Below, piece by piece: positions 9,852-19,440 of a DNA stretch of 52,337 nt; the first letter of the stretch is position 1, and each line of letters begins with the position of its first letter. The stretch lies in IMG/VR virus record IMGVR_UViG_3300036770_004836, positions 1-52,337 of that record; one strand, given 5' to 3'. Origin of the DNA: a virus. Taxonomy: Duplodnaviria; Caudoviricetes. The notes under the pieces were generated by a model. It worked only from the letters and a program-made list of their open reading frames with translations, had not been told where the DNA came from and made no database searches. The translations under genes and the position numbers were made by a program.

Positions 9852-12107
9852 TTATTTGTTATGAACTAAAATTTTATTAGCATAGAAGTTATGGTTTTCC
9901 GAAACACTCAGTAAATTGTAAACTACACTTTCACTTTCATAAACTCATATATTCATAAGAATAATATTTTTTCCGTTATCATCCAAACAAACATCACCTT
10001 CAACCATTTCTTCAGCATTAACCCAATTTTTACCCTGCACGTAGAATGGATGTTCAGGTGTTGTTGTAATCAATCCACCATCATTGAAAGTTAAATCAAC
10101 CAAACGACCAACAGTATGAGATTTCAAGTCCCCAACAATACCAGGTTCATTTATTTTTAATTTTTGATTATAGGTCAATACTTCTTCACCAATAACAATA
10201 TCTTCTATGTTTTTATAATCTCCGTTTGATAACGTTATTTCAGTACCAGCAACAAAACAACGATTGTGCACTAACACACTATTTGCAAAAAAGTTATGAT
10301 TATTTTCAACAACTTTAACATTATAAACAATTGTCGGTTCTGAAATAATTTCTAAAGAAATAATACCGACTTCAATCCCATCCTCTCTAAGGACTTTAAC
10401 CCCGACTTCCGCTTGTCTACTATTTAACCCATATACGTTGAAGGTATATAATGGGTCCATAGAAATCCACCCAATTTGTTTTGAATATAGTGGGTGATCC
10501 AATGTTGATTCGAGAATTCCACCATTTTCAAAGGTATATTTTACAGTTTTATCTACTTTTCTTGAACCAACTCCTCTAACTTTTTGTTTTTCAACACTAC
10601 CGTTCTTGAAATTATATGATAAAACCATATCACCAATTTCAACATTTTCCACATTTTTGAATGTATTGTCTGATAAGGTTATTTGAGTGCCAGCAACAAA
10701 ACAAGGTGCGTTATGGGATATTACTCCATTAAAAGGAGTCGATCCACTTATAATGTATGTATCAGTATCTTCAGCATCAAGTTCAACTAATGTCAAGGTT
10801 GTGTCTGTAGTAACATAAAAGTTTACCTCATCAATCGCAATCAAATCACCATCAATGTCATACAAAAAGTCAACACCTGGTTTAAGGTATACCGATAATT
10901 TATATTTTGATATGTTGGTTGAGGAATCATAAATTAAGAAATGTTTGTTTGCCCCTATAAATTTAGATTCTGAGTCAACAACAATTTCAACCAATCCACC
11001 ATACTTTAGTTGTTTTTCGTCTTTGAATACTACTTCGGAAGTGGTCATATATGACCCTTCAGGAAAATATTGCCCTTCGAATGACCAATTCATTATTTCC
11101 GAGTTTATTTCAACCTGAGGTGATCCTGAAATGAAAAAAGATTTGATAAACTCACCTACACCAACATCGGAAATAGGTTTATACTCCTCATCTTCCATCA
11201 AAATTTGGTGTGTAGATAATAATCCACCACAATCTAACTTAATAAAATTTGTAGTATATTCATAATAGTGATGGTCAGCAATTTTATTAGCATATTGAGT
11301 TGTGTTCACCTCACCTGAAAGTGTACTTGGTAGTTCAAAAATAGAACTTATTTTATAATTGTGTAAAGTAAGAATATCTAAACTCGGACCATAAACAATA
11401 TGAAAACTTCTGACAGAAACTATATGTCCATCACCATCAGTGCTCGATGTACCATAATGATATTGTTGAATAATTTTATTCTCAGTTTGAATAGTCCCCA
11501 AAAATCCATCCCATCTGTCTTGATTGGATTCTCCTTCAACTTCTGACCCAATTTTATAAAAATCGATAGGATTAAAGTTTTCAATCATATCTTTTACCGC
11601 CACGTCGGGTAAATTATCAGGATTGATTGTTGATTCTAATGTATTATACGATTCTGTAGATGATGAATAGTAATAAGAAACCACATGAGATTCTTCGTTG
11701 TTAGATGCAAACAAATTTAGAAGCTCAACAGTACCTTTACAGTAAGTACTATCAAACAAAGCCGACTCATCATACGCTAACCTAAGAATAAATTTATCAC
11801 TTGAATCGGGAATTGTTACTGGATATATAGTGTTGATGTCCTCATCATGTAAATTGATAGTTGTTACAGATTCTGTGTTCGCAGAAACGGTTTCTGAAAT
11901 ATGTTTAACTATCTTATCATGAATAAATGGCTTATAAATTATATCTAACTGAGTAATATTGTTGGAATCCATTACATTAATGAATTCAGACAAGTCAAAA
12001 TTATAAAGTTCATTACCAATTATACTTGTATCGGTATTGAATTCCAGTAATCTCAAATTATCATTTGAATCTTTAACAAAGTCAGCGGAGAATAACGTCC
12101 CTTTCAT
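9852..12107 (-). CDS. Circularly permuted ATP-grasp-like protein fused to three tandem Hint (intein-like) domains; in-frame TGA at 9945-9947 interrupts Hint 3 (ORF track gives 9945..12107)
   Basis: N-terminal FSADFVKDSNDNLRLLEFNTD; Hint1 ends ISHN; Hint2 CFVAGT..TLDHP..YNVKVVENNHNFFANSVLVHN; Hint3 CFVAGT..TPEHPF..NI*VYESESVVYNLLSVSENHNFYANKILVHNK*. Confidence 0.8.
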
Positions 12108-12183
12108 ATTTTTCTTTGGTTATACATTAAATATCTTGCGAAGATTTAATCTGTTTATAATTTTAATCTCAAATCATCACATG

Positions 12184-12726
12184 TCAAATGAGAATTTTAT
12201 CTTTTAATACGGTTGTTCTCGAAATAGAAATGTGAGTCATTTCCAAACTCTGTGGTAAACTAAGCTGAAACTCAATAACATTATAAATTTCTGAGAATTC
12301 TACTTTATTAAACCCTACCCTTTTATTATGTTCCAACGTGTTCGGATATAAATTAACAATTCTAACTTTTTTATCTAAATTCGAATTAATCAAACTTAAT
12401 GAAGATTTTTGTAATTTTAATTTGTTTTCTCGATAATCATCAAAACTACCATTATTGAAAATAGCCGAGGTCAAAACGTTAAAAATTGTTTTATCCTGGT
12501 ACTTCCACAAATCGAAAAGTTCTTCAAAGATTATTTGTTGGTAAGTTGGATGATATGTATTATTTATAAAAATGTCCATATCTATAACCTCGGACAAAAT
12601 ATTTTTATAGTTTTTCAAATCATATCCATTACTTCTAGAAAAACCTAAAACATCATGATTTTTTTTCAGAAGGTCGAATAGCCCCTTTCCTAAAAATTCA
12701 CTATGTCCTGTTATTCCTATTTTCAT
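12184..12726 (-). CDS. Short-chain dehydrogenase/reductase-like Rossmann protein
   Basis: KIGITGHSEFLGKG, GFSRSNGYDL, DIFINN, YRENK (YxxxK). Confidence 0.7.
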   Translation of the reverse strand: MKIGITGHSEFLGKGLFDLLKKNHDVLGFSRSNGYDLKNYKNILSEVIDMDIFINNTYHPTYQQIIFEELFDLWKYQDKTIFNVLTSAIFNNGSFDDYRENKLKLQKSSLSLINSNLDKKVRIVNLYPNTLEHNKRVGFNKVEFSEIYNVIEFQLSLPQSLEMTHISISRTTVLKDKILI

Positions 12727-13235
12727 ATTAGAGTTGTTTTATTTTTTATATTTTCTTTATATAAAAATAATATTAAAGAATAGCGAATACCACTTTCGAT
12801 TTTGGTTACTTCATGTTCTCTTGTATTTTTGAAAGAATATATAGTACCTCTTACTTTTGGAATAACTTTTTTTGGCCCATATAAAATAAAATCTCCCCCG
12901 ACATAATCATCATTCAAACAAACCCCAACATTTAATGTTTGATTCGGATAGTATATATCATTGTGTCTTTCAAATTCATTACCCGGTTCATACTTGTGTA
13001 AATGAATTATATCAAATGGTTTGACAATTTCTGTCTCACAATCAACCAATAAATAATCAGTAATTTTGTCAAAAATCCACTCTACATCATTATTTCTATA
13101 GATGTTATAGTAGGTATATGAAATTTTTTCTCTTGGTCTTTCGACATGTGTACTATGTACATCACGACGAACACCCTCTATTTGTGTTGTTAAATTTATT
13201 ATTTTATCACACTCTTCTTCTGTAAAAAAAACCAT
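12723..13235 (-). CDS. 2OG-Fe(II) oxygenase
   Basis: RHND...LNDDYVGGD...EHEV...GIRYSL. Confidence 0.85.
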   Translation of the reverse strand: MVFFTEEECDKIINLTTQIEGVRRDVHSTHVERPREKISYTYYNIYRNNDVEWIFDKITDYLLVDCETEIVKPFDIIHLHKYEPGNEFERHNDIYYPNQTLNVGVCLNDDYVGGDFILYGPKKVIPKVRGTIYSFKNTREHEVTKIESGIRYSLILFLYKENIKNKTTLI

Positions 13236-13242
13236 TATTAAA

Positions 13243-13270
13243 ATAATAAAACAATTTCACATAAAATCAA
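13243..13270 (-). promoter_or_regulatory. Possible sigma70-like promoter (TTGATT-N16-TATTAT) 7 nt upstream of the ATG at 13235
   Basis: Similar TAGATT-N16-TATATT at 64-91 (+) upstream of the first gene; AT-rich background makes this weak. Confidence 0.25.
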
Positions 13271-13272
13271 AT

Positions 13273-13389
13273 TTAATGGTTGTAAATGAAGGGGTCTCTT
13301 TTTTTCAACTCTTCAATTTTCTTTTTCAATTCTTTTTTTCTTTTGTGTTCTTTGATTTTTTTCAAGAACCAATTAATAATTTTCTTCAT
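13273..13389 (-). CDS. Small 38-aa basic protein, SxtK/DUF5989-like carbamoyltransferase partner (not in ORF track): MKKIINWFLKKIKEHKRKKELKKKIEELKKRDPFIYNH
   Basis: ATGA overlap with the carbamoyltransferase stop; C-terminal PFIY motif. Confidence 0.7.
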   Translation of the reverse strand: MKKIINWFLKKIKEHKRKKELKKKIEELKKRDPFIYNH

Positions 13390-15053
13390 AGTATTTTGTG
13401 TATTATATAATTATCTAAAACTAACAGATCTAAGTCAGTGTCCTTGAAGGTTTCTATCGCATCACACGGAGTCAACACCATTGTTTTATCTTTAACGTTG
13501 AAGGATGTATTCAATATAATTGGATATCCGCTTAGTTTTTCAAACTCAGTTAATAAGTCATGAATAACAGTATTTTCATATACAGTTTGAATTCTTGACG
13601 TTCCGTCCACGTGAACAACTGCAGATAATTTATCTGCATATTCTTCTCTAACTTTAACGATTTGATTCATGTATGGTACATCATCAATTGTGTGGAAAAA
13701 CTCATTTTGTTTCTCTTTAATAACCATAGGAGCAAAAGGACGAAACCCCTCTCTTTTCTTAATCAATCTATTAATTCTGGATTTCATATCGGGTACAGTA
13801 GGGTCGGCTAAAATAGACCTATGTCCTAATGCTCTTGCTCCGAATTCAATTCTATCTCTATACCACCCAACTACTTTACCCTCATGTATTTTTCCCGCAA
13901 CGTATTTTATTAATCTATTGTAATCGTGAATTTCAAAAAAGTTCAAATTTTTAATGTGACCCAAATAAAATTCAACATCGTACTTTGGCCCCAAAAAAGG
14001 ATTCTTAGTTACTCTTTTATTTAATTTTTTATTTTGTACAAGGTAATGGATACAAGCACCAACACAAGACCCTGCATCAGATGGTGCAACAGGTATCCAT
14101 ATTTTTTCAAAATTTGAATTGGAAACTATCTTCCCATTCGCAGTACCATTGTACGCCGAACCACCTCCTAAGCAAAGATTATGACTACCAAGATTTTTCA
14201 AACTTTTAATAATATCGAATAAAACTTCTTCGTATCTTAGTTGAACTGCCGCCGCTAAATTTTGATGAATTATAGTAATTTCTTCTTCAGTTAATCTTGG
14301 TGAAATACCTAAATGTTCTATCAATTTTTCGTTGAACATCAATTTTTCTGACTTATCCCAACAAAAAACATTCATATCACAGATTAATTCTCCATCTTTG
14401 AATTCTATTAAACTTCTAACTTTTTCAATATACTCTTGAGGGTCTCCGTATGATGCTAATCCCATTAATTTATATTCTCCTTCATTTGGTTTGAACCCCA
14501 AATACGAAGTCATTGTAGAATAATAAAGCCCCAATGAATGAGGATATTCCCCCAAATCATGATATTCAATTCCACCATCATCCGCCAAACCAAAAGATAA
14601 TGTGTCAATTTCACCCACACCATCAATAGACAAACAGATTGCCCTTTCAAAATCGGAAGTGAAAAAAGAATAATACTGATGAGCCAAATGGTGTTCGGAG
14701 TAAAATACTCTTCCCTTAAATGGCCTCAAATGTTTATTTACATCTGAGATATTTTTTAAGATTTTAACTAAAGATTTCAAAGAATATTTCGGTGATATAA
14801 AAAAGTTTTTCTTGATGTTACTCAGTACTCTTTTTAGTTTTAGATTGAGGTCTTCATAATAACAAACCATTTCAATATCATCATAAGTTATACTATAATG
14901 ACTAAAGATGTATTCGATTGTATTAATTGGAAAAGAACTATCGTGTTTAATCCCCGTAAATTTTTCTTCTTCACAAGCAAACACCAACTCCCCGTCTTTG
15001 AATAGACAGGCGGATGAATCGTGATAAAAAGATGAAATGCCAAGTACGTACAT
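13386..15053 (-). CDS. O-carbamoyltransferase (NodU/CmcH/TobZ family)
   Basis: LGISSFYHDSSA, EHHLAH, DGVGE, EGEYKLMGLASYG, EFGARALGHRSILADP, KKREGFRPFAP, HVDGTSRIQTV, LNTSFN. Confidence 0.93.
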   Translation of the reverse strand: MYVLGISSFYHDSSACLFKDGELVFACEEEKFTGIKHDSSFPINTIEYIFSHYSITYDDIEMVCYYEDLNLKLKRVLSNIKKNFFISPKYSLKSLVKILKNISDVNKHLRPFKGRVFYSEHHLAHQYYSFFTSDFERAICLSIDGVGEIDTLSFGLADDGGIEYHDLGEYPHSLGLYYSTMTSYLGFKPNEGEYKLMGLASYGDPQEYIEKVRSLIEFKDGELICDMNVFCWDKSEKLMFNEKLIEHLGISPRLTEEEITIIHQNLAAAVQLRYEEVLFDIIKSLKNLGSHNLCLGGGSAYNGTANGKIVSNSNFEKIWIPVAPSDAGSCVGACIHYLVQNKKLNKRVTKNPFLGPKYDVEFYLGHIKNLNFFEIHDYNRLIKYVAGKIHEGKVVGWYRDRIEFGARALGHRSILADPTVPDMKSRINRLIKKREGFRPFAPMVIKEKQNEFFHTIDDVPYMNQIVKVREEYADKLSAVVHVDGTSRIQTVYENTVIHDLLTEFEKLSGYPIILNTSFNVKDKTMVLTPCDAIETFKDTDLDLLVLDNYIIHKIL

Positions 15054-15580
15054 TATGAATCGTATTTTTCGGGATATTCATTAATTAAGGTTATCCCCCC
15101 CTCATTTATCGCGTGGTCATAAGCGTTTTTAATATCATCCGCAGTCAAACAATCAAAGAATTTTATTGTTTGAGTTATTGACTGAAACTCTTTGAAATAA
15201 TTATTTCTGTGTTGAGGACCTGGATTCAAAGGTATTTCCGATCCCTTACCGACTCTAATAATCATATTTGGTTTCCACTGACCATTACTCATTAAATCCA
15301 TCTTGTCAACATGGTTTATTAATTGATTAGCAGCACAAATCAAAAAGTCCCATCTCGGATAAAATGTAATCACAAATTTCCCTGTCATTGCCATACCCAA
15401 AGACATTCCCATTTGAGAATCTTCCATCACCGGTAATTCAATCATTTTTTCTTTTGGAACATCAACCAAAGTTGAACTCATAGGGTTCCCAGGAAATAAT
15501 ATTTGTTGCCCAAGAAAAATAGTATTATCCATTTTCCCTAACTTTGTCATTGCGATTGTTAATGAGTTTTTGTATTCCAT
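15053..15580 (-). CDS. TPP-dependent dehydrogenase E1 beta / transketolase pyrimidine-binding subunit (lacks C-terminal domain)
   Basis: IELPVMEDSQMGMSLGMAMTG, DFLICAANQLINH, GPQH. Confidence 0.8.
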   Translation of the reverse strand: MEYKNSLTIAMTKLGKMDNTIFLGQQILFPGNPMSSTLVDVPKEKMIELPVMEDSQMGMSLGMAMTGKFVITFYPRWDFLICAANQLINHVDKMDLMSNGQWKPNMIIRVGKGSEIPLNPGPQHRNNYFKEFQSITQTIKFFDCLTADDIKNAYDHAINEGGITLINEYPEKYDS

Positions 15581-16776
15581 TATATTAAACTTTTGAAAAA
15601 CTTGTAATCGGTATCATCTTGTAATATACAAGTAACTTTTTTCTTATTAAGTTCAAATCTTTCCTGATTTTTTTTATAAAAATTAATTATTTCGTCTTTG
15701 ATAGAATTTAATCTTTTCACTTCATCAACAAACATAAAAAGTCGTTTTCTCGGGTCTTTTTCACTGTCATAAGAATAATCAATAATATCCTCAAACAAAT
15801 CAAAATCATATCTTTCTTTCAAGAACTTATTATGTTCAAAATTAGCCAATATCAAAGGAATTTGAGAATAATAAATTGGTATCAATGATTTTTCAGTAAT
15901 ATGAATTACATCTGTAGATATGTAACCAGTTTCAGTAACAATATTAACATATGAATTTCTATAAGGATTCATTTCATATGTTTTATAAAAGTCAATGAAG
16001 TAAGGTGGTTGGTCAACTCTATATTCTTCTTCGAACCTACTTTTTTTAATTCCTGATTTTTGAAGAAACAATATCTCATTATAATATTCTTCGAAATCGT
16101 CCCTATCAAAAACTTCAAAAAATAAATTGAATGATGGTGTTCCATTTGGATCGGAAAATCGTTCATTCAATTCATTACCACGTAACATTGTCCAATCAAC
16201 TTCATCTAATATCCCTTCTCTTTTCAGTAACGCCAACAGAGACACTCTATGTGGTTTTAACATTCTGTTATAGCACATAAAAAATGATTCTTTGTCTTTT
16301 TGAAATTCGTACTTGAATGAGGTCATTCCTTCGACCGCCACATAAGGTAATCTATTTGAAGTATGTCCAACAACTTCGCTATTTAACTCATTGATTAATT
16401 TTTTAATTTTCTGATTCCCATTGATTGCGATTACCTGATTCGAATTAATCGATTCTTCATTACAATATTTTTCAATAAGTTTTATTATGTTTCCATTATC
16501 GGACTCATGTTCGGCTAAAATAACAAGAAAGCAATTGGAGTACAATTTCATTAACTCTTTTACTTTTGAGGAAGCAGGAAGTGATTGAAAATTTTCCATA
16601 TAAGTCCCTGTTATTGTAAATGAATAATATTTTTGTTCGGAGTCAATCTCAAAATTATTAATATCAATCATTTTAATCCCGTCAACTTTGTTAGCGGTCA
16701 AAGTGTTAAAAATATGTTCCTTTTCGTTTTCGATATTACTATCAAACAATAAATTAAAATACTTCATAATCTTCAA
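15580..16776 (-). CDS. Putative glycosyltransferase, GT10-like phage paralog family (likely ATG start at 16767)
   Basis: YNRMLKPHR...VNIVTET...ITEKSLIP...FDLFEDIIDYSYD, shared with four other ORFs in this window. Confidence 0.55.
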   Translation of the reverse strand: MKIMKYFNLLFDSNIENEKEHIFNTLTANKVDGIKMIDINNFEIDSEQKYYSFTITGTYMENFQSLPASSKVKELMKLYSNCFLVILAEHESDNGNIIKLIEKYCNEESINSNQVIAINGNQKIKKLINELNSEVVGHTSNRLPYVAVEGMTSFKYEFQKDKESFFMCYNRMLKPHRVSLLALLKREGILDEVDWTMLRGNELNERFSDPNGTPSFNLFFEVFDRDDFEEYYNEILFLQKSGIKKSRFEEEYRVDQPPYFIDFYKTYEMNPYRNSYVNIVTETGYISTDVIHITEKSLIPIYYSQIPLILANFEHNKFLKERYDFDLFEDIIDYSYDSEKDPRKRLFMFVDEVKRLNSIKDEIINFYKKNQERFELNKKKVTCILQDDTDYKFFKSLI

Positions 16777-17406
16777 TTAAAATACAACCCACTTACCTGT
16801 TCCATAATGAGGCCATTGTTTTTCATATTCATAATAGACCACATCATTCGGGACCTCTAATTTTTTACCCCATGTTTCGATTGTTGGAGTATTTGTAGAA
16901 ACTCCATTATCTTCAACAACAAATCTAACAGGTAATTCAAAGTTTTTTATGTATTTGTAGTTTTCCATAAAAGTACCTGTCTCAAAAGTCATATCCCCAA
17001 TAAAACACCAAACAATTTCACTCTTATTATCCCGTTTATTGGACATTGCAACACCAGTTGCGATTGGAATTATTCCGCCAACAATCGCAGAACTATAGAA
17101 TTTTTTTTCTCTATTGATGATACTAATTGACCTTCCATCCAAAATTTCTAACTCTAACCAATTAGGTGATACTCCTTTAAGTAAAGCGTGATAATGAGAC
17201 CTCCATGTAGAAAATACCCAATCATTCTCTGAAATTCTTTTGAAGATTTCAATAAGATGTTTTTCATTTCCTCCACTCAAATGCACAGGACCTCGTATTT
17301 TACCAGTTTCCCAACTTCCAACTATTTTATTTTCAAAATGAATAAGTTCTTCTTCATTCCAGTTGTGTTCTCTAACTATTGGATACTGTTCTAAATTTTT
17401 TATCAT
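16777..17406 (-). CDS. TPP-dependent dehydrogenase E1 alpha-like subunit
   Basis: GPVHLSGGNE, STWRSHYHAL, SAIVGG, FIGDMTFETG...VVEDN (TPP-binding motif). Confidence 0.85.
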   Translation of the reverse strand: MIKNLEQYPIVREHNWNEEELIHFENKIVGSWETGKIRGPVHLSGGNEKHLIEIFKRISENDWVFSTWRSHYHALLKGVSPNWLELEILDGRSISIINREKKFYSSAIVGGIIPIATGVAMSNKRDNKSEIVWCFIGDMTFETGTFMENYKYIKNFELPVRFVVEDNGVSTNTPTIETWGKKLEVPNDVVYYEYEKQWPHYGTGKWVVF

Positions 17407-17408
17407 TT

Positions 17409-18020
17409 TTATTTATTGAATGATACTATTGTAAATCTTGGATTATTAGCGTATTTTTGAACCGCACTTACAAAGTGTGGTTGTCTGAATATTTTATTAT
17501 TTAATAAGACAACTCTGTTGTATTTAGGGAAAATTTGTTCATTAAAATCTTCGTCCTCTTCCGAACAAATGTTCAAAATTCCACCCCAATCCCAAATCCA
17601 TTCTTTATTAACATAATAAATTAAGTTAATCTTTCCTGCATAATCGTCCATGTGTAATCGATAATGGTCTTCACTATCGAGTTTATAACATCTGATATCG
17701 AACTCATTTAACATGAACGGTGATACTTTTTTGAGGGTTTCTAAAAAATACTGATTGAAGATTTCCAAAATATATTCATCTTTTTCTAAATTCGGTGACC
17801 TACTAAAACTTGAAGTGTATACTTCATTTTCACTAGGTAATGTAGATGAATTAGTTTTGAATACATGTGAATAATGATTTTCTCTTTCTTGTGAAATTTT
17901 ATCCCAATTTATTTCTTGTGAAAACAACTCATTCAATTTGGCAGCAAAATCTTTCGGTAAAAAATTATCAATTACCGAGTACCCCTTTTCAGTTAATTCC
18001 TCTTTAACTCTCTCTATCAT
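17409..18020 (-). CDS. 2OG-Fe(II) oxygenase (EGLN/Tpa1-like prolyl hydroxylase fold)
   Basis: LHMD...YYVNKEW..DWGG...PKYNRVVL...PHFV...RFTI. Confidence 0.8.
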   Translation of the reverse strand: MIERVKEELTEKGYSVIDNFLPKDFAAKLNELFSQEINWDKISQERENHYSHVFKTNSSTLPSENEVYTSSFSRSPNLEKDEYILEIFNQYFLETLKKVSPFMLNEFDIRCYKLDSEDHYRLHMDDYAGKINLIYYVNKEWIWDWGGILNICSEEDEDFNEQIFPKYNRVVLLNNKIFRQPHFVSAVQKYANNPRFTIVSFNK

Positions 18021-18428
18021 TTATTTCCAACTTATACCCCAATCCTTGAACTCCGCGGCCAAACAATCTGTTTTATAATCTTTTCTACCACCTACAATTT
18101 CTTGTATCTTATTTTTAGCAGTATTTCGTACACCATTTAATCCATGAGTCAACTCCAAGTTGTTACCCTCCTTAATACCTTTACGGTAATTGGACTCATT
18201 GTGCCAAATATGTAAGTTTGTTTGTGCCAAAACAACAATTGCACGAATCGTCTCAGCATCAACAATTCCTTTATTTTCTTGAAGTATCAAATCAATATCG
18301 TGTTTAATATCTCTAATCTCTTGCGAATATTCCTCTTTGTGTTCAGGAATAAAAACTTCTTTGAGTTGTGAAATGCTCATTCTATCAATTAATTCCGCTA
18401 AGGTGGGTAAGTATTTTCTTTTCTCCAT
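18021..18428 (-). CDS. Small helical protein, DUF4254/DUF6165-like
   Basis: LAELIDRMSISQLK, NLHIWHNE, N..RN..KN.I pattern. Confidence 0.55.
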   Translation of the reverse strand: MEKRKYLPTLAELIDRMSISQLKEVFIPEHKEEYSQEIRDIKHDIDLILQENKGIVDAETIRAIVVLAQTNLHIWHNESNYRKGIKEGNNLELTHGLNGVRNTAKNKIQEIVGGRKDYKTDCLAAEFKDWGISWK

Positions 18429-18429
18429 A

Positions 18430-19440
18430 TTATCTATTCAAAAATTTTCGTCCTTTATTTATTTTTTCTCTCCAATAATCTAACAAGTCATCCATTGTTT
18501 GATTATAAGATATTTTTGGCTCCCAACCAGTCATTTCTCTAAACTTAGTTGTATCAGGTACTTGTAAATCAGCATCTATTGGTCGTAACCTATTTTGGTC
18601 AACAACGACTTCAATATGATTACGCATATGAGATTTAGATATAAGATAATTTAAGGTATCTCCAACCTTACAAGTATACGTCCCTCCTATATTATAATAT
18701 GCACCTGGCGATGGGTTTACACTAAGTAACATCCAATATGCTCTTACCGCATCCCTAACATCAGCATAAGTTCGTAAAGAATCTAAATTACCCACAAATA
18801 TCTTGGGCTCTTGAATTCCATATTCAATCATCGCAATTTGTTTTGCAAATGTAGATTCATGAAATACATCACCCCTTCTCGGACCTGTATGGGTAAACAT
18901 TCTAGTAGTCATTACCATCATTTGATAAGCCTCACCATAATATCTACCAATTAAATCTGTTCCGACTTTGGAAATTGCATATGGTGATGCCGGATGTAAT
19001 GTACATTCTTCATTTATTGGTAGTTGTTCTTTGGAAACCCTCCCAAATATCTCACTTGACGCACAAACATGTACATAAGCATTTTTGTATGGTGATTTCC
19101 TTAACGCCTCTAATAAATTAGCGGTTCCAATTATGTTAGTTTGTAATGTTTCGATAGGAGAATCAAAACTAGTTTGTGGATAGGACTGAGCCCCTAAGTG
19201 AAAAACATAATCAGGTTTTGAAACATCTATGGCATTAAGAATTGAACTGAAATCATTCAAATCACCATAGATTAACTTTACCCTATCTGTGTTGTTGATA
19301 ATTTCGGTTAGGTGTTCAATATTATCCATTGGTTCGTTCCATCTACAAAAACCGTAGATTTTTACTTCTGGTTTTTCTAATAAAAAATCAACCATGTGGG
19401 ACCCAACCATCCCTAAAACACCTGTTATTAATACATTCAT
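18430..19440 (-). CDS. gmd: GDP-mannose 4,6-dehydratase
   Basis: LITGVLGMVGSH, HLGAQSY..SF, ASSEIFG, SPYAISK, GNLDSLRTYADVRD, RLRPID. Confidence 0.85.
   Translation of the reverse strand: MNVLITGVLGMVGSHMVDFLLEKPEVKIYGFCRWNEPMDNIEHLTEIINNTDRVKLIYGDLNDFSSILNAIDVSKPDYVFHLGAQSYPQTSFDSPIETLQTNIIGTANLLEALRKSPYKNAYVHVCASSEIFGRVSKEQLPINEECTLHPASPYAISKVGTDLIGRYYGEAYQMMVMTTRMFTHTGPRRGDVFHESTFAKQIAMIEYGIQEPKIFVGNLDSLRTYADVRDAVRAYWMLLSVNPSPGAYYNIGGTYTCKVGDTLNYLISKSHMRNHIEVVVDQNRLRPIDADLQVPDTTKFREMTGWEPKISYNQTMDDLLDYWREKINKGRKFLNR

Noticed and set aside
9945-9947. Genome-wide TGA recoding or selenocysteine
   Set aside because: TGA terminates many genes here in ATGA overlaps; the position is not a catalytic Cys site; no SECIS-like hairpin is evident
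9858-11231. Mobile homing inteins
   Set aside because: No endonuclease insert, and the +1 residues are A/R/K, so these are better described as intein-like Hint domains
13386-15053. DNA hypermodification role for the carbamoyltransferase and oxygenases
   Set aside because: Not excluded, but no nucleotide hydroxymethylase, kinase or replication genes are in the window; the context is fibre plus glycan genes
15053-17406. Pyruvate dehydrogenase as a central-metabolism auxiliary gene pair
   Set aside because: Subunits are truncated, no E2/E3 is present, and the pair is embedded among nucleotide-sugar genes
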